A stretch of DNA of 44,674 nt from Thermodesulfovibrionales bacterium (GCA_044450345.1 JBIOIY010000017.1:1-44674), one strand, 5' to 3'. Numbered from the stretch's first letter, positions 9,546 to 19,507 are shown. Notes: generated by a model not told the origin, from the sequence alone. Program-made: numbers and translations.

Positions 9546-10745
9546 TTAGATCGGCGAGAATTCCTTCCCGAGCAATTCTTTTCCAATGATGATCTTCATG
9601 ATATTCATTGTGCCTTCGGCGCCGACCAGATATGAGGTCACCCCCCGCAGACCCCTTTCGAGTCCGGCCTCCTTGGTATAGCCGTATGCTCCGTGCCAGA
9701 CCATTACGTCCTTGATGATCTCGAAGGCGGCCTGCGGAGCCATGAGCTTCGCGAGCGCGACCGCTTTGTTTGTCTCGCTCCTGCTGAACCTGTGTTCACT
9801 GTAAAAGCGGTCGAGCATCCACGCTGCCCTGTACACGTGCATCTTCGCCGACTCAAGTTTTGCATAGTCCTCTGCCAGCTGGAATTGTATGCCTTCGAAC
9901 TTCCCTATGGAGGTGCCGAAGACCTTTCTTCGCTTGATATGGTCAATGCCTGTTTCGAGCACTTTTTCCGCGGCCCCTGTGCAGGCGGCGGCGACGAGCG
10001 TGCGCGCACAGTTGAACCCTTCCATGGCGTAGGAGAACCCCTTGTTCCTTTCACCGATGAGAAAGTGTTCGGGTATCTCGGCGCTTTCGATCTTTATGAA
10101 GCCGTTTGATATGCCCTCCCTGCCCATCTGTCGTGAAGCGCCGACAGTAACTCCCGGATTATCCTTTATAGGAAGATAACAGAGCGAAAGGCCCTTATGC
10201 CCGAGAGAAGGGTCTGTCTTCACTATCGTTACAAAACCTCCGCCGTATTCGGCGGCCTCTCTCACCCCGCTTATGAATATCTTTGTGCCGTTTACGATTA
10301 GCCTGCCGTCCTTCCTAACCAGAGAGGTAGAAGTGGAGGCGATGTCAGAGCCGCCGGTAGCCTCAGTCGACGCAATGCCGAGGAAGGTCCTCCCTTTTAC
10401 CACGCCGGGAAGGATTTCTTCTTTTGCCCTTTCCGTCCCGTACCTCTCGAGGAGAAATCCCCATCCCGCCTCCACTAAATAGTATACGGCGACGGCCATG
10501 CTCGTATCGGCCCTGGCGATCTCTTCGGCGGCTATTGCCGCCTTCATAAAATTTGCGGCAGTACCGCCGTATTTGTGCGAAACCGTTATCCCCAGCAGGC
10601 CGGCTTCAGCCATATCTCTGATGATGTCAGGAGGGATCGCCGCCCCTTCATCGATCTCGCGGCCGCGCGGCGCGATCTTCTCATCACAAAATGCTCTGAC
10701 GGACTTTCTGAAAAGCTCCTCTTCTTCTGAATATGAAAAATCCAT
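9546..10745 (-). CDS. Acyl-CoA dehydrogenase
   Basis: STEATGGSD, NGTKIFIS, RKVFG, HGAYGY, AEGTMNIMK. Confidence 0.9.
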   Translation of the reverse strand: MDFSYSEEEELFRKSVRAFCDEKIAPRGREIDEGAAIPPDIIRDMAEAGLLGITVSHKYGGTAANFMKAAIAAEEIARADTSMAVAVYYLVEAGWGFLLERYGTERAKEEILPGVVKGRTFLGIASTEATGGSDIASTSTSLVRKDGRLIVNGTKIFISGVREAAEYGGGFVTIVKTDPSLGHKGLSLCYLPIKDNPGVTVGASRQMGREGISNGFIKIESAEIPEHFLIGERNKGFSYAMEGFNCARTLVAAACTGAAEKVLETGIDHIKRRKVFGTSIGKFEGIQFQLAEDYAKLESAKMHVYRAAWMLDRFYSEHRFSRSETNKAVALAKLMAPQAAFEIIKDVMVWHGAYGYTKEAGLERGLRGVTSYLVGAEGTMNIMKIIIGKELLGKEFSPI

Positions 10746-10787
10746 CTTTTCACCCCGCTCTCAATTTTTGGCAACTTACGACTTTGT

Positions 10788-10911
10788 CAGGAGGTAGAGT
10801 ATGGTGTCGGAGCAGCTTCTTTTATCCCGATGAATATCGGGAGGAAAGCCCTCCGAGGACCGACTGCATGTCTGACCGAGAATGAGCGACGACACTATGC
10901 GCCAGCTCCTG
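10788..10911 (+). repeat. Structured dispersed element, copy A (most divergent)
   Basis: Outer stem caggag..gtatggtgtcg / cgacactatgc..ctcctg encloses GAGCAGCTT...GCCCTCCGAG...CGAGAATGAGCGA; nested palindrome TCCCGATGAATATCGGGA. Confidence 0.7.
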
Positions 10912-11026
10912 CCTTATACAACCTCTATGCAATGAGGAATCATCAGACTAGAATGCCGCAAAAATCCTGATATACTGTGACTGATAACACTATATCACGA
11001 AAAAAGATATGTTTTGAGAGGGCTAT

Positions 11027-12193
11027 ATGACTGAAGAAGTTGTTATCGCAAGCGGGGTGAGGACGGCCGGCGGCAGCTTCGGCCGGGGGTTTAAGGACGT
11101 GCCTGCTCCGCGTCTTGGTGCGGTTGTCATACAGGAAGTGCTCAAGAGGGCTAAGGTAGGCCCCCGGGATGTCGATGAAGTCATAATGGGGAACGTTATA
11201 TCCGCGGGACTTGGACAGAACCCTGCGAGGCAGGCTGCGATATATGCCGGGCTGCCCGCGGAGGCGGGGTCCTTTACAGTGAACAAGGTCTGCGGCTCAG
11301 GGCTGAAGGCGGTAATGCTTGCAGCTCAGGCGGTTAAGGCCGGGGACGCGGATGTCATAGCTGCAGGAGGCATGGAGAATATGAGCGCCTCTCCCTTTTT
11401 GTTAAGGGCGATGAGATGGGGTGCGAGGTTTGGGCACACCCCTGCCGTCGATGCGATGATCAACGACGGACTATGGGACGTCTATAATGATTTTCATATG
11501 GCGATGACGGGCGAGAGGGTCGCCGTGAAGTACGGGATAACGAGAAGGGAGGCGGACGAATTCAGTCTCCTGAGCAATCAGAGGGCCTTTGCGGCAACAC
11601 AAGAGGGAAGGTTTCGGGAGGAGATCATACCGGTCGAGGTGCAAGGCGTCTTTGTCGACAGGGACGAGTGTGTGAGAGGTGACACGACGCTCGAAAAGCT
11701 GGCCGCACTTGCACCGGTATTCAAGGAAGACGGCATCCTCACCGCGGGAAATTGTTCGAAGCTCAGCGACGGCGCTGCCGCGGTTGTCGTGATGTCGGCA
11801 AAAAAGGCGCGGGAGTTCGGCATCATCCCGCTCGCTAGGATAATCGATTATGCGATCGGCGGAACAAGGCCGGAGGACGTGATGGAGGCCCCAATACCTA
11901 CAGTGAGAAAATTGCTCAAGAAGACCGGCTTTGCTGTTTCGAACATCGACCTTTTCGAACACAACGAGGCTTATTCTACCGCTTCGGTTGTCGTAGGGAG
12001 GGAACTGGGTATTCCGCGGGAAAAGATGAATGTGAACGGCGGCGCGGTTGCGATGGGGCATCCCATAGGGTGCAGCGGCGCAAGAATACTGGTCACACTC
12101 CTTTATGCCCTGAAAAAAAGTGGTCTTAAAAGAGGGCTTGCCACGCTATGCCTCGGCGGAGGAAACGCGCTGGCCATGATCGTGGAGAGATAG
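11027..12193 (+). CDS. Acetyl-CoA C-acetyltransferase (thiolase)
   Basis: NKVCGSG catalytic Cys, NEAY, GHPIGCSG, CLGGG. Confidence 0.93.
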   Translation: MTEEVVIASGVRTAGGSFGRGFKDVPAPRLGAVVIQEVLKRAKVGPRDVDEVIMGNVISAGLGQNPARQAAIYAGLPAEAGSFTVNKVCGSGLKAVMLAAQAVKAGDADVIAAGGMENMSASPFLLRAMRWGARFGHTPAVDAMINDGLWDVYNDFHMAMTGERVAVKYGITRREADEFSLLSNQRAFAATQEGRFREEIIPVEVQGVFVDRDECVRGDTTLEKLAALAPVFKEDGILTAGNCSKLSDGAAAVVVMSAKKAREFGIIPLARIIDYAIGGTRPEDVMEAPIPTVRKLLKKTGFAVSNIDLFEHNEAYSTASVVVGRELGIPREKMNVNGGAVAMGHPIGCSGARILVTLLYALKKSGLKRGLATLCLGGGNALAMIVER

Positions 12194-12195
12194 GG

Positions 12196-13365
12196 ATGTT
12201 TTATATAAAGGAGCAGCGGAACATCATCGATATGTTTCATTCGGATGCGGGGGAGTACCACTCGCTCCTTGAATCGATAGGCGGCTTCTGCGAAAAGGAG
12301 ATACTGCCGCGCGCAAAGAGGACCGATCAGGAGGAGATATTTCCGAAGGATGACCTGGCGAAGGTGGCGGAGAGGGGAATCTTTGCGCTCCCTTTTCCGG
12401 GACAATACAATGGAGGAGGGAAACCATTCCCTGTCTATATCGCTGCGCTTGAAATGCTCGCGAAGGCATGCGCGAATACTGCCCTGCATGTCTCTATCCA
12501 GGGGATGATCTGCGAAGGCATAAGGCTTTTCGGCGATGAAAAACAGAAAATGAGGTTCCTGAAAGAGGAGGGGCTTGTCGAGGGAAGGAGCCTAATAGCC
12601 TTTGCGCTGACCGAACCGTGCTGCGGCTCGGACGCAAAGGCGATCCAGACGAAGGCCGTGCTTACAGGAGACGGGTACATCCTGAACGGCAGCAAGATGA
12701 TGATAACGAACGCGGGGGAATCGGATTTTGCCCTGGTATTTGCCAGGACCGATAAGGGAATCTCTGCATTTGTCGTCTCTGCGCGGACGCGGGGCTTCAA
12801 CGTGATGAAGGCTATCCCCAAGCTCGGATTCAGGGGAAATAAACTGGCCGCCATTCATCTTGAGAAATGCGAGGTCGCAAGGGAAGACCTGCTTGGGGAA
12901 GAGGGCAGGGGCCTGGAATACGCAATACATATCCTCAATTCCGGAAGGATGACAATCGCCGCGATAGGCGTGGGCATCGCACAAGCGGCATTCGAAAAGT
13001 CCGTTCTTTACAGTAAAAAGAGGAAGGCTTTCGGCGAGAGTATCGCACACTTCCAGCTTGTGCAGGAAAAATTGTCGGACATGGCCACCCAGATAAGCGC
13101 TTCAAGGCTCCTCACCTGCCACGCCGCCTTCCTGAAAGAAAAAGGGGTGGACATTGCGCTTGAGGCATCTAAGGCGAAACTCTTTTCTTCCGAGACGGCG
13201 ATAAGGGTTTGCGATAATGCGATACAGATACACGGGGGATATGGGTACACTGACACGTACGATGTCCACAGGCACTGGCGGGACGCCAGGCTCCTTACGA
13301 TAGGGGAAGGCACTTCCGATATGCTCAGACTTCTGATCGCGCACCTGGCACTTAAGGAGGAGTAG
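12196..13365 (+). CDS. Acyl-CoA dehydrogenase, butyryl-CoA dehydrogenase-like
   Basis: FALTEPCCGSD, NGSKMMITN, RKAFG, QIHGGYGY, IGEGT; start ATG at 12196. Confidence 0.9.
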   Translation: MFYIKEQRNIIDMFHSDAGEYHSLLESIGGFCEKEILPRAKRTDQEEIFPKDDLAKVAERGIFALPFPGQYNGGGKPFPVYIAALEMLAKACANTALHVSIQGMICEGIRLFGDEKQKMRFLKEEGLVEGRSLIAFALTEPCCGSDAKAIQTKAVLTGDGYILNGSKMMITNAGESDFALVFARTDKGISAFVVSARTRGFNVMKAIPKLGFRGNKLAAIHLEKCEVAREDLLGEEGRGLEYAIHILNSGRMTIAAIGVGIAQAAFEKSVLYSKKRKAFGESIAHFQLVQEKLSDMATQISASRLLTCHAAFLKEKGVDIALEASKAKLFSSETAIRVCDNAIQIHGGYGYTDTYDVHRHWRDARLLTIGEGTSDMLRLLIAHLALKEE

Positions 13366-13422
13366 TACATATGCGTGCGGTCTCTTCTGATGTGTCGCAT
13401 CCAGTGGGAAGTGAGTGAAGAC

Positions 13423-14271
13423 ATGGAGATAGGAAAAATAGCGGTGATAGGAGCCGGTATCATGGGCGGGGGGATAGCCCAAACCGCTGCCCAGAGCGGG
13501 TTCGACGTTCTGCTAACGGATATGTCGGAGGAATATGCTGCCGCCGGTCTCTCGAAGATAAAGGATAGACTTGAAAAACGGGCAGCAGAAGGTAAAATCG
13601 GTTTCGGGGAGAAAGAGAAGATACTCTCAAGTATCGAAATATCAGCGCGCCTGGAAGATTGCCGCAAGGCAGACCTTGTCATCGAGGCCGTGACAGAGAG
13701 AGAGGATGTAAAGATAAAGATATTCAAAGAGCTGGATAGAGTCTGTCCCGCCGAAACGATTTTCGCCACCAATACCTCGACCATCCCGATCACGAGACTG
13801 GGCGGCGCAACGAAAAGGCCGGAACGTTTTATCGGCATGCACTTCATGAACCCGGCATATAGTATTCGGCTCGTTGAGGTGATCAGGGGTATGGGTACTT
13901 CGGAAGAAACGGTAAATATCATAAAAAACGTTTCCGGAAAAATGGGAAAGACCGCAGTAGTCGTCGAAGATTCCCCGGGCTTTGTATCAAACCGGGTGCT
14001 GATGCCGATGATAAACGAAGCGATATTCTGCCTGCAAGAGGGTTTATCCACAAAGGAGGGAATCGATGCGGTCATGAAGCTCGGGGCAAACCATCCGGTG
14101 GGCCCGCTCGAACTCGCGGACTTCATAGGCCTGGACACATGTCTCGAAATACTGGAGATACTCGAGGCTGAGTTGGGAGAGAAGTTCAGGCCCTGCCCGT
14201 TGTTGGGGAAGATGGTTGCGGCAGGCAAATTTGGGAGAAAAAGCGGCGGGGGATTTTATGGATACCGGTAG
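13423..14271 (+). CDS. hbd: 3-hydroxybutyryl/3-hydroxyacyl-CoA dehydrogenase
   Basis: GAGIMGGG Rossmann motif, ATNTS, GMHFMNP, PGFVSNR, GRKSGGGFY. Confidence 0.9.
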   Translation: MEIGKIAVIGAGIMGGGIAQTAAQSGFDVLLTDMSEEYAAAGLSKIKDRLEKRAAEGKIGFGEKEKILSSIEISARLEDCRKADLVIEAVTEREDVKIKIFKELDRVCPAETIFATNTSTIPITRLGGATKRPERFIGMHFMNPAYSIRLVEVIRGMGTSEETVNIIKNVSGKMGKTAVVVEDSPGFVSNRVLMPMINEAIFCLQEGLSTKEGIDAVMKLGANHPVGPLELADFIGLDTCLEILEILEAELGEKFRPCPLLGKMVAAGKFGRKSGGGFYGYR

Positions 14272-15031
14272 AGCGATAATAGTCGAGCGGGAAAATGAGA
14301 TCGGAAGAATTATCCTTTCGAGTCCGGAAACTTTGAATGTTCTCGATACCCCTGCACTGAGTGCCCTTCAGGAAGCAATGGCTGATCTGGAGGAAGACCA
14401 GCGGACAAAAGTTGTAATTATCTCAGGCGTAAAGCATTTTTGCGCAGGGGCGGACATCAGGGAGATGAAAGACAAAAATCAGGAAGAGGCAGAGGCATTT
14501 GCAAGGCTGGGACACCAAGTATGCGATACGATCGAGAGTATGGAAAAACCGGTGATAGCTGCGATCTGCGGCTATTGCCTCGGCGGGGGATGCGAGGTTG
14601 CGCTCGCCTGCGATATCAGACTGGCCTCCGAAGATGCGAAGTTCGGCCAGCCCGAGGTCAATTTCGGCCTTATTCCGGGATTTGGCGGGACGCAGCGGCT
14701 GACAAGGTTGGTGGGCATCGGGAGGGCGAAGGATTTAATTTTGACGGGGCGCATTTTTGACTCGGGAGAAGCCGAATCCATGGGGCTTGTCAACAGTGTG
14801 GTAAAAAACGATGAACTTCTTCATAAGGCCGATGAGACGGCAGCAGCGCTTTTGCAGAAGGGTCCTCTTGCCCTTGGAGCGGCAAAGAAGTTGATTAACG
14901 GAAGCCGGGAGATAAAGAGGGGGCTTGAGATCGAAATCGCCTCTTTTTCAAAATGTTTCGCCACCGAAGATCATAAAGAAGGCATCAATGCGTTTCTCGG
15001 CAAAAGGCCGCCGAGATTCAAAGGCAAATAA
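14258..15031 (+). CDS. crt: Enoyl-CoA hydratase (crotonase)
   Basis: FCAGADI, LGGGCE, FGQPE..G.IPGFGGTQRL. Confidence 0.88.
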   Translation: MDTGRAIIVERENEIGRIILSSPETLNVLDTPALSALQEAMADLEEDQRTKVVIISGVKHFCAGADIREMKDKNQEEAEAFARLGHQVCDTIESMEKPVIAAICGYCLGGGCEVALACDIRLASEDAKFGQPEVNFGLIPGFGGTQRLTRLVGIGRAKDLILTGRIFDSGEAESMGLVNSVVKNDELLHKADETAAALLQKGPLALGAAKKLINGSREIKRGLEIEIASFSKCFATEDHKEGINAFLGKRPPRFKGK

Positions 15032-15094
15032 TACAAAAAAAGTTAATAGTGAGAAGTAGGCGGTACGTAAGCGGTAGGGGAAAGTCAGAAACCT

Positions 15095-15631
15095 CTATTT
15101 CTTATCTTTTTTCGAGATATACCAGATCGCGGCAGCTCCGGCGAGGGTCGCGGCACCGGCCCCGATGCCTATCTGCCACAACTTCTTCCTCTCCATTATT
15201 TTTCTCTCGACTATCTTTCCATATCTCTCAGCAACCAGTTCGCAGTGTCTCACATCCTCTTCGGAGAAGCCGAATATAGAGACAAGTATATCTATCCTCT
15301 CTTCTATAACCTCCTGCAGGAGAGACCAGTAACGGACTTTGGGCATCGAGGACCTGTATCTCCTCATCTCTTTTTCTGTTGAAATCGACTTAAGGAACCT
15401 TTCGAGCAGGGTCTTGTCGGCGCCCCGATAGATCGGCAGTTCCGGGTCGTCGATTCTCCGAAGAAAAGGCCACTGGCATTCTTCCTCTAACTTGAAAAGC
15501 TCGGGCCAGGACCTCTTCCCGAGGTGACGGAAGATTACCGACTTTTTCACCGAATAGTAAAACTTCTTAAGCTCTCCTTCGGTGAAGCCCGTATCTTTAA
15601 AAATGGCCGACAGTTCTTTAAAATGAATCAT
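15095..15631 (-). CDS. Hypothetical protein with a C-terminal membrane anchor
   Basis: 178-aa ORF with a hydrophobic tail IGIGAGAATLAGAAAIWYI followed by basic residues; overlaps the upstream YkgJ gene. Confidence 0.6.
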   Translation of the reverse strand: MIHFKELSAIFKDTGFTEGELKKFYYSVKKSVIFRHLGKRSWPELFKLEEECQWPFLRRIDDPELPIYRGADKTLLERFLKSISTEKEMRRYRSSMPKVRYWSLLQEVIEERIDILVSIFGFSEEDVRHCELVAERYGKIVERKIMERKKLWQIGIGAGAATLAGAAAIWYISKKDKK

Positions 15632-16475
15632 TCTCTCTGCTCTTATGCGGTGACCTTAAGCCAATTGTATCATGCGCTTCGCCATTTCGCGACCCATCCA
15701 CGAGGTGAATCCTGCCGTTTCTTTCCCTGACCGCCATCCCCCTGCAAGCAAGTAGGGCGAAGATCGGGCGGCCTAAGATAAACAGTTCAACCGCCAGAGG
15801 CAGCGCAAAAACGGAAACGGCTTTGGAGCGGATATAGAGGTCCTTCCGGACAAGTTCAGCCAGTTTCTTGAGGGGCGTTGCGTTGTCTGATTCCTCAGAG
15901 AAAGTAGAAAGTATGGTTTCCATTTCCAGGACAGAACATGTCTCTTCATGGTCCTCGATAAACTTCAATATCGGGTCCCCGGGATTGATGATATCCGCGC
16001 GTTTCAGGGTGTCTTTGTATATGACGGATAAAAGTTCCCTGGTGTCCCAGCATTTCAGGATACGGCATTCTAACGGCCTGTGAGAATAAATCATGCACGC
16101 CGCCCCTTCTTTATTCAGAAAAATGCATTCCCAGCTCTTGCTATTACCCGCGATCTTGATGAGTTCCTCCGGTATCGGCTGCAGAGTCTCGCCGGTCGGG
16201 CCATAGGCGAGTTCACCCTTTCTGAGGGTGATGAGATGGTGGGTTCCTATGTGTCCTTCACGGATAATCCGTCCGTCCTCAGCATGGAGGGTCGGCCCCC
16301 CTTTTGCGCAGCAGGTCGCACACCTTATACAGCTTGTCCGATTTGTTGAAATCTTATTCATCGATAACAGTGGTTGTAGTGTCCTGCGTTCCGCATCCTC
16401 ATTAAAATACCATTCCCGACCGATAATTGTCTTGTTCTTATTGTTTCGGCGGGCAAAAAGATCAGGAATCGTCAT
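15618..16475 (-). CDS. YkgJ-family cysteine-cluster (CxxCxxCC) protein
   Basis: CIRCATCC...CIFL...CMIYSHRPLEC; true start may be ATG 16361. Confidence 0.8.
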   Translation of the reverse strand: MTIPDLFARRNNKNKTIIGREWYFNEDAERRTLQPLLSMNKISTNRTSCIRCATCCAKGGPTLHAEDGRIIREGHIGTHHLITLRKGELAYGPTGETLQPIPEELIKIAGNSKSWECIFLNKEGAACMIYSHRPLECRILKCWDTRELLSVIYKDTLKRADIINPGDPILKFIEDHEETCSVLEMETILSTFSEESDNATPLKKLAELVRKDLYIRSKAVSVFALPLAVELFILGRPIFALLACRGMAVRERNGRIHLVDGSRNGEAHDTIGLRSPHKSRENDSF

Positions 16476-16534
16476 GTGTGATACTATATGACGGTTAGAC
16501 AGAGTTTAAATCGAGAGAACCGGAGCCGCAAAAA

Positions 16535-17722
16535 ATGTATCTGACATCATTTATACACCGAAAAGCATTGTTCGACATCGCCGAACGCTGGTTCTGCAAT
16601 TGCCTTGAACCGGGCGATGCGCGGGCACTCACGGAGATTCTTATCTGTGATGGCTTCGTAGTCGGCGAAACCCTGGTGGCGCTGGCCAAGCGGCTCGCGG
16701 ACGTTACTCATGGGAGGCCCTTTTATCAGAGACATATTCGCTTAAAGGGGGAACTTCGGGACCTTATCTGTCTCGATGACAGGGACGCGACCCCGAGGAT
16801 GAAGGAGCTTTTCAGGCGGTATCGGGAAAACCCTGATTATTATTATCGGGAGGCGCCTATTAGCGGGGTGATGTGCCTTGACGAAGAAGACCGTCTGCTC
16901 GGCTTGCTGAGGATAAAGAGGCCGAAAAGGATCGCTGAAAAGGCGAACCGGAGAATCGCTGAGTGGATTTTTGAAAATGTCCTCGGGAGGGCCCAAGAGA
17001 TGGCCGAGGAGAGGGCGAGACTATCCGGTGTCCCTTTCGAAAGATTTGTGACTCCTGCGGAAGAAATGATGAAAGAATTCGTACGGGCCGAAGAATTTAT
17101 TGCCCGGAGCTTTAGAGACGGTGCAATCAGGTTCGACAAGACCGCGTTAACGATACAGGATGTGGGCGCTGTTAAGATTGTGGCCGACAGCGAGGAGCTG
17201 AAAGGCCTGGAGAAGACTCTGGCGGCGGCTCCGGACATCACCATCCTTGAAAGGGAAGATTTCCGCGGAGATTATCAGGCCACCAACCTGGTCCTTGAGG
17301 TGCCATGGGACGCTGAACATGTCTGTCGAAGATATAGGGAGTGCAGGGCTTGGGAAAAATACCTGGGCAGGGGAATCCCGGAAAAGGACCTGATAAAGGG
17401 TTTGGAGCCCTTCCTGGTTGATGCAGAACCGCAGATACACATAGAGTTGATTCTCTCCACGTTTCCTGACATGGTTGAATCGGAGCTTGGAAATAGTATC
17501 CATGAGAAGAGGATAATCGCACAGAGGGACAATAAACGCTACAAAGGATATATCCCAATGAACGTGGAGTTTCTTGTGGAATCCCTTTTTGCAGTGGGCT
17601 TCAGCCCGAGGACCGATATCGACCAGGTACCGATAAAGCTTTGGGGGAGGTACCTGCCTGAGACAATGAGTTCCTATATCCGGAAATTACATAACCTTCC
17701 GGAACATGATCTCTTCCATTAA
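16535..17722 (+). CDS. Conserved hypothetical protein with a divergent RelA/SpoT-type nucleotidyltransferase motif set
   Basis: 395-aa ORF with RIK..RIAEK, QDVGAVKIV, GDYQATN, IELILST..MVESELG...H in the synthetase motif order. Confidence 0.55.
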   Translation: MYLTSFIHRKALFDIAERWFCNCLEPGDARALTEILICDGFVVGETLVALAKRLADVTHGRPFYQRHIRLKGELRDLICLDDRDATPRMKELFRRYRENPDYYYREAPISGVMCLDEEDRLLGLLRIKRPKRIAEKANRRIAEWIFENVLGRAQEMAEERARLSGVPFERFVTPAEEMMKEFVRAEEFIARSFRDGAIRFDKTALTIQDVGAVKIVADSEELKGLEKTLAAAPDITILEREDFRGDYQATNLVLEVPWDAEHVCRRYRECRAWEKYLGRGIPEKDLIKGLEPFLVDAEPQIHIELILSTFPDMVESELGNSIHEKRIIAQRDNKRYKGYIPMNVEFLVESLFAVGFSPRTDIDQVPIKLWGRYLPETMSSYIRKLHNLPEHDLFH

Positions 17723-17852
17723 GGATGCGGCTTGCGGCGGCGTCTCTTTGCACAAAAATATTGTCCGGGACATCATAGTAAAAAAATTACGGCAAAAAAG
17801 TGCGCAAAAAGCCAAAAATGGTCTAAAATAAAAATAAGAGTTAAATCACTGA

Positions 17853-18038
17853 TTGGAGAATATCTTGGAAAAGAAAACGTGTCTTGAGTGTTTCAATCTC
17901 ATCCGCACCCAAAACAATAAAGTTAAATGCATATCACCGGTAGGCAAGTTGAAGAAAGAGTTGCCGTCGAATACGCTTCCCAGGTCGTTTGAGGTTCTTG
18001 CCGAGAACTGTCCGGGGTATAGTACGGAGGAGGACTAA
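17853..18038 (+). CDS. Small Cys-containing hypothetical protein
   Basis: 61 aa, CLEC...C...C, TTG start; fills an otherwise empty intergenic gap. Confidence 0.4.
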   Translation: MENILEKKTCLECFNLIRTQNNKVKCISPVGKLKKELPSNTLPRSFEVLAENCPGYSTEED

Positions 18039-18136
18039 GTCCCTCCTTTTGCCTCTCCTTAGTGACTTCTGACAAAGAGAATGCGAGGTTTTCGGTTCAG
18101 GATCTGAAACTGTGCAAGATGTGTGTGTATCCAGGG

Positions 18137-18769
18137 TCAGAATAGCCGCCATCCCCTGCTGATCTTTCTCGTGTCCACTCCACGGTAGTTTCCCCTCTTC
18201 AGCAGTGTGATGAAATTGTTGTGATCGATCCTTTCCGTGAATCCGGTAAAACAGGACCCGACTTCCCCAGGCTCATGCGCGTCGGACCCGCCGGTGTAAG
18301 GGATGCCGAGGTCCTCTGCTGTTTCCACGGCTTTCTCATTAAAGGCGGCCGGGTTGGCACCGTTAAAGCCTTCGATGGCGCACAATCCGGGCAGGGTCAG
18401 CACCTTTTCTCCCAGGCTGTTTCCCCGCCTGTAGGGATGAGAGGGAATGACAATGCCTCCGGCCCGGTTGACGATATTCAATACCTCCTCTATAGGAGCA
18501 TGCGGGCCCAGGAGCATGTCAGTATCGACGCCGAAGATCAGACAATGTCCCTCTTCCGAAGAAAACTCGACACCCCTGAATATCGTGATCGCATCCCTGT
18601 ATTTTTCCTTCAGCGCCTCTACGGGTTCGGACGCCTCGTAAGAGTAATGTTCGGTAAATGCTATCCCGTTTAATCCCAGTTCTACGGCCCGGATAACGGA
18701 TTCTTCCGGCTCCGAGTCGGTATCTCCGCTATATTTTGAATGAACGTGAAGGTCTATCTTAAACCGCAT
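18137..18769 (-). CDS. PHP-domain metal-dependent phosphoesterase
   Basis: DLHVHS, TEH, GVE..S..GH, SHP, GGSDAH. Confidence 0.88.
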   Translation of the reverse strand: MRFKIDLHVHSKYSGDTDSEPEESVIRAVELGLNGIAFTEHYSYEASEPVEALKEKYRDAITIFRGVEFSSEEGHCLIFGVDTDMLLGPHAPIEEVLNIVNRAGGIVIPSHPYRRGNSLGEKVLTLPGLCAIEGFNGANPAAFNEKAVETAEDLGIPYTGGSDAHEPGEVGSCFTGFTERIDHNNFITLLKRGNYRGVDTRKISRGWRLF

Positions 18770-18796
18770 TTCTTATCATACCAGGGAAGAGGGCCT

Positions 18797-19507
18797 TCAG
18801 AACAACCGAGAGAGAAGGGCCGGCACTGCGCATTCCACGCTCAGGACCCTTTCTCCCATACGCACCGGCAGAAACCCGCAGGCACTGAACTTTTCTATCT
18901 CGTAGGGGATAAAGCCGCCTTCGGGACCTACGGCAAGAGTTGCGCGCCCCTCTATGCCTCGCGGACAAAGTGCGGAAGCATGCGGATGGGCAAGCAAAGG
19001 GAGGGTTCCCTTAATTATGTCCGGCAGTTCATCTTCGACAAAGGGTTTAAAAAGGGGACGGGCGATGACATCCGGCATAATGGTATCGCGCGCCTGTTCA
19101 AGTCCGAGGAGCAGCTGTCTTTCAATGTTTTCTTTTTTCAAGACAGGGCTTTGCCAGAAGCTTTTTTCCACGCGGTAAGAATTGATGAGTATGATCCTCT
19201 TCACTCCCATTGAGCTCGCGGTGATAAGAGTCCTCTTGAGGACCTTGGGTCTAGGGAGGGCGAGGATAAGTGTAATAGGAAGCGCCGACGGAGGGGCGAG
19301 ACCCAACCTCACATCCATTTCAAGGTACTCGCCGGTGAGCTCCGTGATTCTGCCCTTGCCCCTCTCACCCCCTAACATGCCCACGCAGAGTTCATCTCCA
19401 GGCGAGGCGCGATGGATTTCAAGGACGTGTCTAAGACGGCGTCCTTCAATCCGGGCCGTCCCGGGGTTTTCCACAAAATCTTCCTCACGGAGGAGAATAA
19501 GATTCAT
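18797..19507 (-). CDS. rsmE: 16S rRNA m3U1498 methyltransferase
   Basis: AVGPEGGF and GERVLSVECA SPOUT motifs; EQARD. Confidence 0.88.
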   Translation of the reverse strand: MNLILLREEDFVENPGTARIEGRRLRHVLEIHRASPGDELCVGMLGGERGKGRITELTGEYLEMDVRLGLAPPSALPITLILALPRPKVLKRTLITASSMGVKRIILINSYRVEKSFWQSPVLKKENIERQLLLGLEQARDTIMPDVIARPLFKPFVEDELPDIIKGTLPLLAHPHASALCPRGIEGRATLAVGPEGGFIPYEIEKFSACGFLPVRMGERVLSVECAVPALLSRLF

